This document shows positions 38,501-51,425 of a stretch of DNA of 64,000 nucleotides, one piece after another (position 1 is the first letter of the stretch; every line of letters begins with the position of its first letter). Position numbers and translations under genes: made by a program. The DNA is from Takakia lepidozioides (lineage: Eukaryota > Plantae > Bryophyta): assembly GCA_030704615.1 (NCBI GenBank), contig CM060734.1, positions 54,436,001-54,500,000 of the forward strand, read 5' to 3'. The notes beneath the pieces were generated by a model. It saw nothing but the letters and a program-made list of their open reading frames with translations, ran no database searches and was not told the origin of the DNA.

Positions 38501-41500
38501 CTTGAGATTCGATTGACTTCTTGGAACACAGTTTTGAAGGGCCCTTGGCAGTTGGGGAAGATGCTACGCTAGCGGCTTTTGCTGCAACAATCAAGATTAG
38601 ACACCTTTAAGTTTATAGGATCACAAGGTTTTTTATGGAGGTGACCTCAGAAATACTTCTCAACCGCAAAAGACAACCGTACCCAAATCGCCAAATACAG
38701 ACATACACCTGATCCTGATCCTATGTTATAAAGATAAAGGTTCACTTAGTCAGGGACAGGGATGAACTACAGAAATCAGGACTGGACACACACACAGACA
38801 CTGTACCTGCGAAACAGATTATACATACCACTGCGGAGCTTGGCAGCAGCTGCAGGGGGCTCGCCATCCACACATTCATATCCCATGTCCATAAGATTAT
38901 TGGTATTCACATGCAACTCTGGGGAGGGCTTGGAGCTTCCATCAACCATCCTCCTTTGACCAGGCAGTCCTCTGGCTGTCCGTTGTCGTGTGAAGGCAGC
39001 TATCCCACCAAAAAATGGTCTCTCCCCAAACATTGAGTCTGCAACAAAACCAAGCAGCAGATTTGAATACAGGGCCTCTTAGCTTGCTGTTCACAAGCCT
39101 CATAGAAGTCCAGCACCAACCATCAGTAGCCATCTTTAAAGACGTCATTAAACAGACAAATACCCAGACAGGTGCCCTGACTAGTGATGTTACTGGAGGC
39201 CCCATGTGCTTGGCCAGTAACAACGTTGGAACCGGACAGCATTGATGGGAGCCATTGTAAGATGATTCCTATGAGCATTCCTAATCACTCTGACCAAGAA
39301 CATTGCATCACATAAGAAAATAACATCCTGATAATATCAACTCTAAAACCTGGTAGTGACTTGTGGACCCCAGTAACTAGTTGCTAAGATTAGTGCCAAC
39401 ATGACTTCAATCATTACCTTCACTTGATCCTGAATCTGTTGATTCCATGTCAGCATGTTTGCGCTTGGACCTTGTCCCCACAACACGACTCCGCTTCACA
39501 ACTTTGCGTGCTTTCAACCCCTTGCTGTAGGATTCCTTCAGCCTTTTCGTCATTGTCTCTGGAAGAAGGCGCTGTGAAGACCGATGTCCCTTTATCTTTT
39601 CCTTCTGTAAGAACTTACCCTCCCTCTTGTTTATGACCTTCTTGAACCTAGGGCTAATGTTTTCACCCTCAACGGTACCTGGGGTAGCAACCACAGAGCT
39701 TCCAGGCACCAACGTACAAATGGAGTTCTTTGTGTCCACAATCACACTCTTGTCTTCTACTTCCATACTTGCGCTGTTGTCCTGCTTAGCCCCACCCACT
39801 TCTGCAGGCTTACCTGGTTTTGCATCATACAAATTCGTAAATTTTTCATCATTGTCTGGAGTATCATTGCCTGATTCCTTCACAATTCTAGTTGACGAAT
39901 GTTGCACAGGCTGTTCAGGCTCCAACTCGCCCAGCAATCCTGGATACTCAATCTTCACTCCCAAGCCATCACTTGGATCTTCTTGTACACCAAGTGATGA
40001 CTCAACCTCGTTGTCACCCAGTGCCACATCCTCCAAGATAGTAAGGGCTATTTCTTTGTTGGTTTCTATCACCATTTCCAACACATCATCTTTTAATTTA
40101 AGAGGTTCACAAGTGTTGTCTGGGGCACATTGCTTGATCTCTGTATTTGCCCCTCCAATCTCTCGTACAGACGCTCTCTCCTTTAGCCCAAAGGCAGAAG
40201 ACCCTGTATTTGGATATAGCTTCCCACTCGGCAGTTCGCCATCACAAACAAGAGGCAATTCCTGCATGGAATCCTCCTACGAAGTCAGACAAAATTGCTC
40301 GAGATATCCTGGCTATGCCAATGACACCACTAAAGAAAGGCTACCCCAGGAAGAAGAAACTTGATCCAAACAAAATATGATCATTTAAGAATTCCTCATA
40401 TAAATGGTTCCATAACTCATCACATCTTCAACTGAAACAGGCTATCCCCCCCCCATAACTCATCACATCTTCAACTGAAACAGGCTATGCCCCCCAAAGC
40501 CCCTTGCTTCTAGATCAGCTAATCAAATGACCTGGCAAGGGCGGAAGATGCCCCAGCGTACAGGACATCAATACCACCACAAAATTACAAAAATCAAGCT
40601 TCAGACAGCAACTGTAGTGTTTACCTTCTCATCACCAAATGTTGAAGAACTTTTCTGTAGAGGTGTAATATGTCCTTTGTCCACTGGAATAACGCTTACA
40701 ACAGCCTTATCCTCCTCTGATAGACTCCAGACCACAGCCTCACAGCTTGCACATATATTGTCATTGCTGACCTCCACTACATCAAAATCTTTCCCACTGT
40801 CTGCATCAATCTGTGACCCCTCTTCTTCCCTGCAGGCTTCCTGAAGAACATCCAGACACGGGCCAACGAAGGGAGTTGCTGCAACCTCGGCTTTGTTTTG
40901 CAAGGCATGATTTGTCAGGTCCTCTCTGGCCGATCCAGGCATATCTATTTCCAATGAAGGTCTCTCCATCACTGTCTTGTCACCCAGTTGGCCACCATGG
41001 TCTTCCTCTACTCCACCATCTTGTAGCATCTGGCCTGCCACAGTTGCCAGCAACTCAAAGAAGCCCGACTGGCCCCCAACATTGGATTGTCGCCGGGTTG
41101 CTTCTCCCCGCCCCTGTCAACAAGCAAAGCCCATTCTTGAGGAGAAACAAATGCATACAGAGTGGCCCACCCCCAAAAGGGGCAAGTACCTGCAACAGGA
41201 AGAGGCTCTTTACGCTAACTTTGGTCGGTGTTATCTCTCTCTCTCACTTTTATCTTGATGGTGGCCAAGTTCTTGGTAACATCACTTTAGAATTGTCTAA
41301 TCTCGTTAATCTTTTGGGAATTCAGGAAAATGGGAAATGGGTTAGGGTTTACCCTAGGTTCTAAGCTAAAGCAGCTGCCCTATATGGTCAGAAGAGCTCC
41401 ATTCGAACCCCTGCCCTCTTCTCGTTTGGAAGACTCACCCAAGGTATGTGTGCCCTTGATTGAGTACTTGGCTCTCGTAACACCTTCCTTTTGGGAATGG

Positions 41501-43714
41501 GTGCTTACTGTTGCTGTCCTTATGATAATTAACACCCTCCCACCCACTAGTTTGCTGCCATCGATGACTGCCTCCTAACTAAAGTGGACATGGATAACAA
41601 GATAACAACTGTCAAGCTGTTTAAGCCTGGAACTACATGCAAATCACTAATCTACTGGTTGGCAGGTGTGCGTAATGGGGCCATGAGGTGGCTTCACTTG
41701 CTTTAGAGGATAGACATACTTGGATTGTGAAAGGAAAGAAAGGGAATAAGGGAAACCTTCATGCTGCCTCATGCTTGGTGTTGAGAGTAAACACTTGTTT
41801 GTGCTATTCTCAAATTTTTTATACTGTCGGAAGATGTTAGGATCTGATCACCAGTGGCAGCCTTTGACAGCATTTGCTGATCCCTTTGACAAGAATACAC
41901 CTACTGTAGCACTTCATGCCTACCTTCAAATAGGTAGAACCAATCCCCTAACTGCTGAGCTATGGCATTTCTGATAGCTGCAATTATGACTTCTACAGAG
42001 ATTCTACTAGAAGTATTTTAGTATGAATCTAGGGAGGTTTCTACTCTACATATGGAAACTAGGGAGGACCTTATGGCTCGCATATGATGATACCTGATGT
42101 AAGCAAATGCAAGATTTATAAGCATACATGCTCACAAATCTGAGTTTTGCAGGACTTGTGAGGTTCTAAGCAAATGCTAGTGTCAGGAGCCAGAACAAGT
42201 CCAGATGTATGATGTCGTTAAGCAAAACAGGAATAGATCCAATGATCTAGGACTGGACAAGTCTTCACATGACTATACCATACTCTCTCTCTCCATAGAG
42301 GTGGTGGTCTGCATACCAACACAGGCCCCAATTTCCAGAAATCACCCCATGGAAAAGCATCAGTCAATCATCACTTCTGCATATCAACTTCCAACGAAGT
42401 TTCAATCCATTTACAGTGATATTTAGTCCATACATTCCTGTGCTGGAGGCAGTTGGTTCATATTGCACCAACACAAGAAGGAAAGATTGATAGAACATGT
42501 GAAAGCCATGCTGACGGTCCATCTTTGAAATGACAAAACCTGAAGATTCTCAACATAAAATACCTCAACAAAAGATGAGATAGGTCAACTAGAAGCTACT
42601 CATATCTCCACTCCTCCCCATTTCATTACCGAGGTCCCTAGTCTCCAAAACGTAGGACCATTACTTCACAAGTTACTGAGACCTCCCTGGTTCTTGCTGA
42701 AGTTCCCCCCGAACTGAATGTTCAAGCTATGCAATTAGGAAATAGAACAACCAATCGCCAGATGTCTTCATTGGAGACTCCCAGAGTGTCAGAGGGCCAG
42801 AAGGGAGGAGGACACTGGGAACAGACAAGAACATATATTTATGTCTCTTTTCTTTTAGGCCAGCAAAAAGAAGATATAGAAAAAGAAGAAAAAATATTGC
42901 ATTTTTCAATGAAAGCTACGCCCTTACAGATCCTGGCACCTATGAAGACGATACTCCAAAGGCTTTGGGACGTATGATTAACCAGTGGAAGGCTCGTCCA
43001 ACCCACGTGACTGCTTGACGAACGTCAACGACAAAGACATTGTCATTTGGTTTGTGAGCGTCACAAGTGATTTTGTACTATAGATGTTGCGACAATCTTA
43101 TCAGGTCCGAACCTAGTTGACTACCAGATTCATTGGTCCGCTACATATCCCTTGCGAACAAGCATAAATCTTTGCTGCCAAGAAAATCCTCAAGCACTAC
43201 AAAGATTTACATTTAGTCAATGGAGAAGGTGGGACTGTTGCCAAGTTTCCCACCAGCATGAAGCTTAGGACGCTTAGACTGGAGTTACTTGGGGAGAAAG
43301 TTCTGAACAAGGAGGATACGTACAAAACCATGAGCTTATGTCCAGTTATGGCCAGTTAAACACTAGGGAGTCCCCATGCAACTTTGCAGATAACCTCATG
43401 AAGAAAAGTCAGTTCGCCTTTACAACCACAACGTACGCTATGCTAGTGGGCGTAAGGTGCAAAAAGATACCAATCAACAAAAACAAAACTTCTCAACCAA
43501 AAGATCAGAGCAAGCAGATCCTTGACTGCAGTGAACAGCAGGCTGCATAGCTTCCAATCAATGCTCCTGACCTTAAGGAGAAGACATGCAAAGAATTGAG
43601 GAGCAAGAAGCAGCAGTTCTCAGTTATAAGGCAGACCCGAGAGGAGCGCATTGCCCGGGGAGCAGGTCCATTGTATCCTGGAAAACCTCCAACTCTCCGA
43701 CCCCGTGCCTCCAT
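35571..43714 (-). CDS. Telomere repeat-binding protein, TRP/TRFL family I (C-terminal telobox Myb plus Myb-extension)
   Basis: N-term GFPGYNGPAPRAMRSSR; FELLATVAGQML; ubiquitin-like FSIKSFTVPELFVDLPESASVASLKRAVMDA..LGGGLRVRVLMQGKKV; RRPFSVAEVEALVHAVEKHGTGRWRDVKLRAFDQAKHRTYVDLKDKWKTLVHTARIAPHQRRGEPVPQELL. Confidence 0.96.
37561..37849 (+). mobile_element. tRNA-derived SINE with T-tail, antisense in an intron of the TRP gene
   Basis: Pol III A box TGGCCCAGTGG 37574-37584; B box GGTTCAAAACC 37618-37628; T8 tail 37842-37849; flanking AC(T/A)GCCAGACT at 37550-37560 and 37852-37862. Confidence 0.8.
40410..40487. repeat. Intronic tandem duplication, ~42 bp period
   Basis: CCATAACTCATCACATCTTCAACTGAAACAGGCTAT occurs twice. 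Confidence 0.9.
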
Positions 43715-46700
43715 CCTCCCTCACATTAGCTGCGCCTGAAAGCCATTACGGGTTCTGCCGTAATGTCACAGATATCAAAGACAATCCCAAAATTGCTGTC
43801 CTTTGATTAAAGCTGTAAGGCTTCTATAATGCTTCATGAAAACCCATCAGACACCTTTCTCACGGTGTATTGTTCAATGCTCCAATCCTTCAACACTGGC
43901 AGACTGAACAGTCACTGGCAAATCCATCGCAGCCTGGTACAATACAGCAGCCAAATTAGTACATTGTCAGTTGATTGATGTAGATACCCCAAAACCCATG
44001 CCATCTGCAAGCCTTCGTGCGGAATAAATACAAAATTTTGTATATTGTACTACCACCCTCATTCAGTTTGGGAAGCTCAGAAAAAGGTGAAAATGTCTTG
44101 ACTTTTTGCAACTTCAACCTATAAGCCAAGAACATCTTTCTCCTTTGAAGAGCATCCGAAGGAAACCAACTAAACCACACAATTTGGAACTCAATCATGC
44201 AATCTGGAAACTCTCCGGTTTCATGCTGAAACTGAACACTGAGAGATCTCCAATGACCAGACCCAGTCAACAACGAGCACAAACATGCCAATTTACTTTT
44301 TACAAGGTGACTTTCAAAGACTTGCAATCGCAAAGAAACCAGAAACCCATTAAATATTTTCGTATGAAATCTCATACAATAAGAGAGAAGCCTCTGGCCA
44401 AAGACAGCATACAATAAGAGCATCTTCCCCTTGCAGGTACTGCCCCCTTTTTTGGGACTGGGTTCTGTACCTTGGATCATAAGAAACTTTACATGCACAT
44501 CTTGGCAAACAGCCCAGCCAGTCTCATCAAGCTTCCTCAATCATCCCAGAATCCAAACCAACAGGTTCCTAAAACAACAATCAGCAAGTATCCTCTGACC
44601 GTCTGCCTCTATAGCAGTCCATCCTGAGACGGGTTGACCCACACACTTGTTGTTATAAATTCCAAAGATTTGATAGTTTTGGCCAGTGTTGGAAACATTG
44701 TTGTTGTGAACAAACTCTCCAATAAACCTCTGACTCTCAGCTTTAAATCTCATGTCTATTACTGAAGCTCTATTACTGAAGCTCTCTCCTTGGGTTTTAG
44801 ACTTCTAGCCAACAATTTAGAGAAGTGGCCACCAACAAGGGCCATGAATGTCTCACATCCAGTACTGCCCTGCAAGTTGAGCACTGACCCACATAAAATG
44901 AACTTCACTTCACATACAGTGAGCAAAATTGACCAATAAGCAATTGCGATGTGATGACGACCAGACATCAAACTCAGGCTACGTGAGAAACGATGAAGCT
45001 TCCCCAAGGATTTCGAAAGCTTTTCAATAGAACGGAGACATCTTACTACAGTTTGTATGTCACCACCATTGTGCATCCGTACATTTCACGACAGTAATCT
45101 ACAAAGCTTACTTCGAGTGCTTAGTTTTAGTCCATGATACTGGTAACCACCGTCACCAGGAGCCAGTCAACCAACCACTGCATGTATGCTAAAACTCTTG
45201 ACTGCAACAACAATCAAATCATTCACATAGAAAAGTGCACGAAGGTGCCGACTCACTGAGACTTTCTGAAATGTGATAATGAAGAACAGAGGTAGCAGTT
45301 AACCCGGATGTTCGGAAGAAAACATCTAAGAGGACGTTTGCCATTACAGCCTTCATAGTATCACCATATCCAAGCCAAGGTGCGCCAGAACCAATTGATG
45401 CATCAAGCACTCAGATCTCAGACAATTGAAAGCTAGAATGTGGAGAAGTGAACAATCATGTGGCAGAGATCTACTTTTCTGAACAACAGACATCGAAATT
45501 GAACCAGAGACATGCACAAAAACCCGGGAATGGAACCTCTATTTCACTCCCAGATTCGTTAGAACTCACCAGAAATCCCATGAGCCTCGATCGATCCACA
45601 ACAACTGTAAAACTCAATGTCTTCAACGCCATATCTGGCGGTTTTACTAAACCCTGGTAAACCCCACTAAACCCTCTCCCTGCTACAAGAATCAAACTTG
45701 ACCCGCTAAGACTGCACCTGTCCATGCATTCTTCGCAAACAGCAGATTGACAGATTTCAGTGCTGCGCAATTGACACACCACTGCAATTCCCAACCTCGA
45801 CACTCAAAATACCGCAAAACCGGATTAACCAGCATCCCTATCAGCGCCATCACAACACATTCCCAGATCTGTGCTCCTGGATCCAATCCAATGCCCTCAA
45901 TTGCTGAGATTGCTACCAAACGAGATCCAGAGCGAGAAAACCAGACGAACAAGAGAGGGAGAAACCGTGTCAATCCAACCCGCAGCGTACAGTCCAGGCA
46001 GGCCGTCACCGGCTGGGGCCGGTCGCCCAGGCCCCAGCCTTTTGGGACCCGTTCTTTATGGGAATGCCCAAAGGAATCCCTTTCGCATCTTTCATCCATA
46101 CTCTGCGGCTCTCAGCGCTTCAGATGGATGATCGCCATCCCAACGTGGACGAATGGATCCCGCACGACCCGGCTTTGGGATGACAAATCCAAATCACGGG
46201 CAAAATATTCCAGTCCCGGTCTCGGGGGCCCCGCCGGTGACCGGTCTTTCAACTACTGGCATCCTACCACGGTTGGTTTTCGACCGCGGGTCGGTCACGG
46301 GTGAGGGTAGCGAGGGTTTAGGCCCTGCGGTTAAGCACTGCGTACTACACGTGCCGCGATATAAGTCGCTCAGCAGTATCCACTTTCCAATCAAATTCTT
46401 CCACGCGTCCCGTGGTTTCTCAAGTTGGCTACCTATACACGGTACAGGTACGCTGGTGGGACTTATAAACTCTCAAGTAATTTTCTTTCGTTTGAGAAAT
46501 TTTCTCAAGACCTTTTCTAGTCTCATCCTCTTAAGAGATGCCAATTGTTACTGCAGAGTCTTTTTCTAAAGCTATGCAGGTTTGTGTTACTACAGGTATT
46601 CTGCTGAGTAATTCGAGAAAGATGCCTCTAGTTCCAAATTTAAACGTGTCAGAAATAATTAAGAAAAATAATATAAAATTATAATGCAGAAAAAAAAATA

Positions 46701-48865
46701 TATATATATATAACAGATAGTTTAAAGTACATAGAATATAATACATCTAAGTGACCCAGTTGTTCCCAGACAGTGCCCATGGGGCCCGCCTCCAATTATT
46801 TCCTTGATTTACCTGTTTTGAGTTTATTTTGTTTTTATTTCATTATTATGCTTATCTGTCAAGGTGTTGTTGGATGGAAAAGTGGAGTAGAGAATAGCAC
46901 ATTGGGAACGTTGAGACCCTTTATGGGAACAAGGGAACACTGCTATTTTCTCATCAATTCATTTTTTGCTATTTGTTTTCTTTTTCGTAAGCGTATTCCG
47001 GTGGCCCACTTTGTGCACTTGTTTAACTTTTTAACCTTTTTTGGTCGGCTCAAGATAAGATAGGTACTAGGTTCAAAGACGGACCAGGATTAAGTACCAC
47101 ATATATAATATTCACGTCCACATGAAGTCATGTGGCTGCCAGGTGCAGTGACTGGGACCGGGTAGTGTCAATTTGTAAATTATATTTATACAGTTAAAAA
47201 TATCATAAAATAGGAATAACCTCCAACCTCCAACCTCCAAAAATAATTACGAATAGAATATAGTAGATTAAGTAGGCTTAATAATTATTAAGCTCCAAAG
47301 ATAAATTGAAAATGATTTGCGGACCAACCAAGAATGGATTATGAAAGTCTGGTGGTTGTTAGCGGCCACATGGTGGGGCCAGCCTTGACGGAGCCTTGTG
47401 TGAAACAGGACTTTTGACCACAAGATGTTTCGGAGATAGAGCGTGTGTGAAAGGGGTTGTGGCTAACTTCGCCCTTCTAGAAACCAATCATCCAGATTCC
47501 GTCCAGAGCGAACGGATTACTCCGACGGACGAACGATATCCATGGACGAATACACGCGACGAGTGAACGACTGAATTCCCGAGTCCTCATCCATGCCTGG
47601 CGGACTTGGTCTTCAGTCGTACGATTGGATCATTCCAGACACCTCTTCCCATAACCTGAAGAATTATCTATAGTATATTATTCATTTTCTTTCTTAAAGG
47701 CTGAAATGGATTACTAATATATCAATAAAACAAGCAACAAGCTGCAACCAGAGTTACAAGTTACAACGGGAATTTATTTTTTAATATATATTTTTATTAT
47801 TATTATATATGTTTAAATATTTTAAAAAATAACAGGGGGAGTGTAGCCCTGGTAAATTTTATTAAAGTAAGGAAAAAATACCCTTACATAAACCATAAGG
47901 TGGCAGAGGATTGAGGCACCACTCGTCAACGGGAATTATATAAGAAAAACAGCCAAGAAATTATCGTAATTGTTTATAAGGATAAATATTTAGTATTGTA
48001 ATTTTACTTTTAAGAAATTATAGCTGACGTTGTCTGTTCCGAGGCGATGAGGTTCATGTATCTAGAACATGAGACATAAATCTCATGTTCTGAGGACTTG
48101 GTTAAACGGCAGATCATAGCTCCAATAAACGGAAAAGACACCACCGATCCTTCCCTTCCGTCCGGCCATCGGATAAAAGGTCGTAAGATCTTAACCGTTG
48201 GAGCTTAAGGGCTTGGTCTTTAGCTTAAAGAGCATCCCGCAGTAACAACTAACAACATAAATACTTAGCCCTGTTTCCAAAAACAAAACAAAAATGAAAA
48301 AAGAAGAAGAAGCCGGATATAAGAAAAAGAAAATCGGGAAATAGCCAAAGTAATAATAATAATAATTCCGACTCTCGGAACTTACCTGGATGTTACACAG
48401 AGTTGACAATCCCTTGCAAATCCCGTCGTGTGTGTCGTGTAATGGGCCACGGGGATGCTTCGAGGCAACACACACGACTGCCAGACCTAATGGGATGGGA
48501 ACCGGAAGCATCCGGTGGGGGAACGCTGGCCCCGCGAAGGTGACAGGGAAGGCCGACCGGCGACGTCCGGTGGGGTAGTGGCGCGAGGGTGGATAAGGAT
48601 AAAGCTCATCTTGGCGTAAGGAGTCGAGAAGACGAAACCCCAGCGAGAAGAGAGTAGAGATTGTATCAACGTGCTGCGATTGTATCCACGAGCTGCAAGC
48701 GATCACTAGAGGTCTGTTTCTGTCCTGCTCTAAGGCTGATTGGAAGGGCGCTTTGTAGTGATCACGGCAGGTGTGTCTCGTACTTCCCTGGTATGGAATT
48801 GTTGTTTCTATTGCTGCCGTGTGATGGTTGATGGAGTTTCTTTTGCGTGTGCAGAGGAACTCAAG

Positions 48866-49757
48866 ATGGCTGGAGACCACGGTAAAATTCATGTGATTAA
48901 TTCCAAGCAGGAATGGAACCACAAGTTGGAGGAGGCCAAGACGAAGGGCCAAGTTGTAAGTGGATTCTCTTCTTGGCTGGCACATCCCCTTGCTGCATCA
49001 TGTATGTAAATCGTCGCAGTCTATGATAGGTGATGGTGGCAGAGATTGATGAAAGGGCTGGAATGAACGGCAGGTTGTGGTGGACTTCACGGCCACCTGG
49101 TGCGGACCTTGTCGCCTTATGTCTCCGGTTTTTGTGGAACTCAGCAAGAGGCATGACCAGCTGGTGTTTCTCAAGGTTGATGTGGATGAAGTGCACGTAC
49201 GTACTCCTTTTGCTCCTACTTGTGCCCTTCCTCTATATGTTGGTTTTTTCAGAAAGATAGAGGACTGACCGGAGTGCTTTGTTGGCTAAGGGGGTTTCCC
49301 CGTCAGTTAAACGTTTTCTCGGTCGCTTGCCCCTTTGACCAAGTGACCGACGTTTACAGCTTGGTTGGCGATTGTTCCTTCGATAGGTAATCAAGGCAAT
49401 TGCAGTCTGCAGGAGTTCTTCTATTTGATGCGGACTTGATGGGATCGAGGTTGTCCCATCAAAGTAGCAATACCTTCGAGAGATGGGTGGGTTTGAGGGT
49501 GTGCACACGACAGGAAGGGAGATCAAGCAGTTTTGTACAGGACAGTCAGATGGTGATGTTGCTGGTGGTGGGATGTGCAGGAGGTGACTACTGAGTGGGA
49601 AATTCGTGCGATGCCCACATTTTTGTTCATCAAGGATGGCAAGGTGCTTCACAAGATTGTTGGAGCTAACAAGGAAGAGCTAGAGAAGAAATGCCAGGAG
49701 TTCGCGGCCCAGACCAATGTGCAGCATCATCCCCATCCCGCCCACGCCCATGCCTAG
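48866..49757 (+). CDS. Thioredoxin h-type (3 coding exons: 48866-48955, 49074-49196, 49581-49757)
   Basis: [16 protein letters not shown]; FLKVDVDEV; [22 protein letters not shown]; intron positions typical of Trx h. Confidence 0.96.
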
Positions 49758-50951
49758 GGTTGGGGTGATATAGATTTCATATGAAGTATCTCTTTCTTTG
49801 CAAACACTTGCAAAGAAAAAAGTGTCGGTTTTGTGGAGGGTGATGTCACCTACTGATTCTGAGGACATATTTTGATCATGCCGTAAAGACTGTATATATG
49901 CTTTGGTATTCTTAAGGTGGGAGTGTTCCTTCCCATCCTTCCCAAGCCCCTGTACTCGCATATCTGTTAGGCAGTTATCTACCTTGCACAGTGCAGTTTG
50001 AAGGATAGTCACTGGCGAGGATTTCACTTGCCGCCAAGTAGTTGGGAGTGCAATTTCACCTACCGGTTTCTAGTACCTCTTTGTTGAGGAGGTATTTCAA
50101 GCGTTTTCGTGAAGATTATGCTTGGGAAACGTCTGTTTTGTGGAGGCTGATGTAACCTTCTGCAGGCATCAGGCCTAGTTTCTTTCATTGCGAGATGCTT
50201 TCCTGATTGCACTCCAATCATTTTATGAAAATTGGCCAAATTGTGTCAGCAATGTGCAAGTCTACTCTCCTCCCCTGCTGCCCAGATAGTTGCTGTTTGT
50301 CATGAATGTTTCTCTCACCTCTGTCCCTTTTTGCCCATGGGGCCTTTGATCTCCAAGCCTTGGGAAGCTGGTGACTCCTGGAAAAGAAGAGAGAAGCCAT
50401 TCTACTGTTTATGCAAAAACAAAGAGTTGCTCGGAGATACATGTGTGTGTGTGACATATACTCAAAGCTTAAATGTTGAAGAAATTGTCCAATAGACCTT
50501 ACTGTTTGGTACACTTCCCTAATACCGTAAAGTTCTGTCAGGTTTGCTCTTAGGGACAGCTGTAAGGCAGAGTTTGAGTGTTCGAAGTTCGAACCCCAGA
50601 CCTGGGTCTCGTATTCGTTGCTCTAGTTCTCACTCGAAGGCCCGCGGTAACTATAAATTCTTTATGTCTAAATGTACCCGGGAATGGTCTTGCGCGTGGC
50701 TGTGTAAAGACACTGCCAGACGAGCCCAAAAACTCGGAATTTAAGGAATATTATTAATCTTAAAAATGAAGTAATAAATAATAAGCACGTTGTCAGCGCT
50801 GTCAGCGTAACTCATTTGCCAAGTGTTGGATGAGCATCTGGGGATGTCTTACAACTACCTTACCATGTCGGTACATGTTTCATCCAGCGTCATCCAGCGT
50901 AAGCGGCCGACTCTCCGTACGTCAAAAAAGATCTACCATATCTGAAGCCCG

Positions 50952-51085
50952 ACGTGGCAAGAGTGGTCTCGTCAGATGCCACGTACCATATCGGGATCTG
51001 GGGGTTGCGCGCCAATGGCAGCTCTGGGATGGATCTGCCACGTGGGCCAAGTCTCCACCTTCCAACATGCATATAGGCGACACGT
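50952..51085. promoter_or_regulatory. Cluster of four ABRE/G-box-like elements
   Basis: ACGTGGC 50952-50958, GCCACGT 50978-50984, GCCACGTGG 51037-51045, GACACGT 51079-51085, upstream of the ATG at 51426. Confidence 0.55.
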
Positions 51086-51425
51086 TTCATATTCTCGTAC
51101 ATATTTAGGACGTTTGTTGGATGTTGTCATCCGTCCGAGACGGACGAACGTTGTAGATTCCTCTAGAGTCTGCGGGAGGCGAGGAGGGGGAGAGAGACGA
51201 CTCCATCGCTGCGGAGCTTTGACAGCGCTCTGCTTTGCTCGTTGCTGTTTGCACATTTGGGGAAGCGAGGGCCTGCGGATCGGAAGGTTCGGTGGAGAAA
51301 TGTGTGTTGTGCGGGGGCCAGGTTGTGGCGTTGCGATGCCTGCGCAGTCGTGCGCTGCGATGGCAGGCCGTGAGGCGGCCAAGAGGGAGGGTGTGCAGTG
51401 AGAAGGGAAGGGAGCAGCGGGCATC

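Noticed and set aside
39627-40364. 245-aa + strand ORF (similarly 58530-59213 and 48191-48985 on -)
   Set aside because: Antisense shadows of real exons, repeats or UTR sequence; no recognisable domains.
43956-46569. Several 100-190 aa ORFs upstream of the TRP gene
   Set aside because: No domain signal; consistent with 5'UTR introns and a GC-rich promoter.
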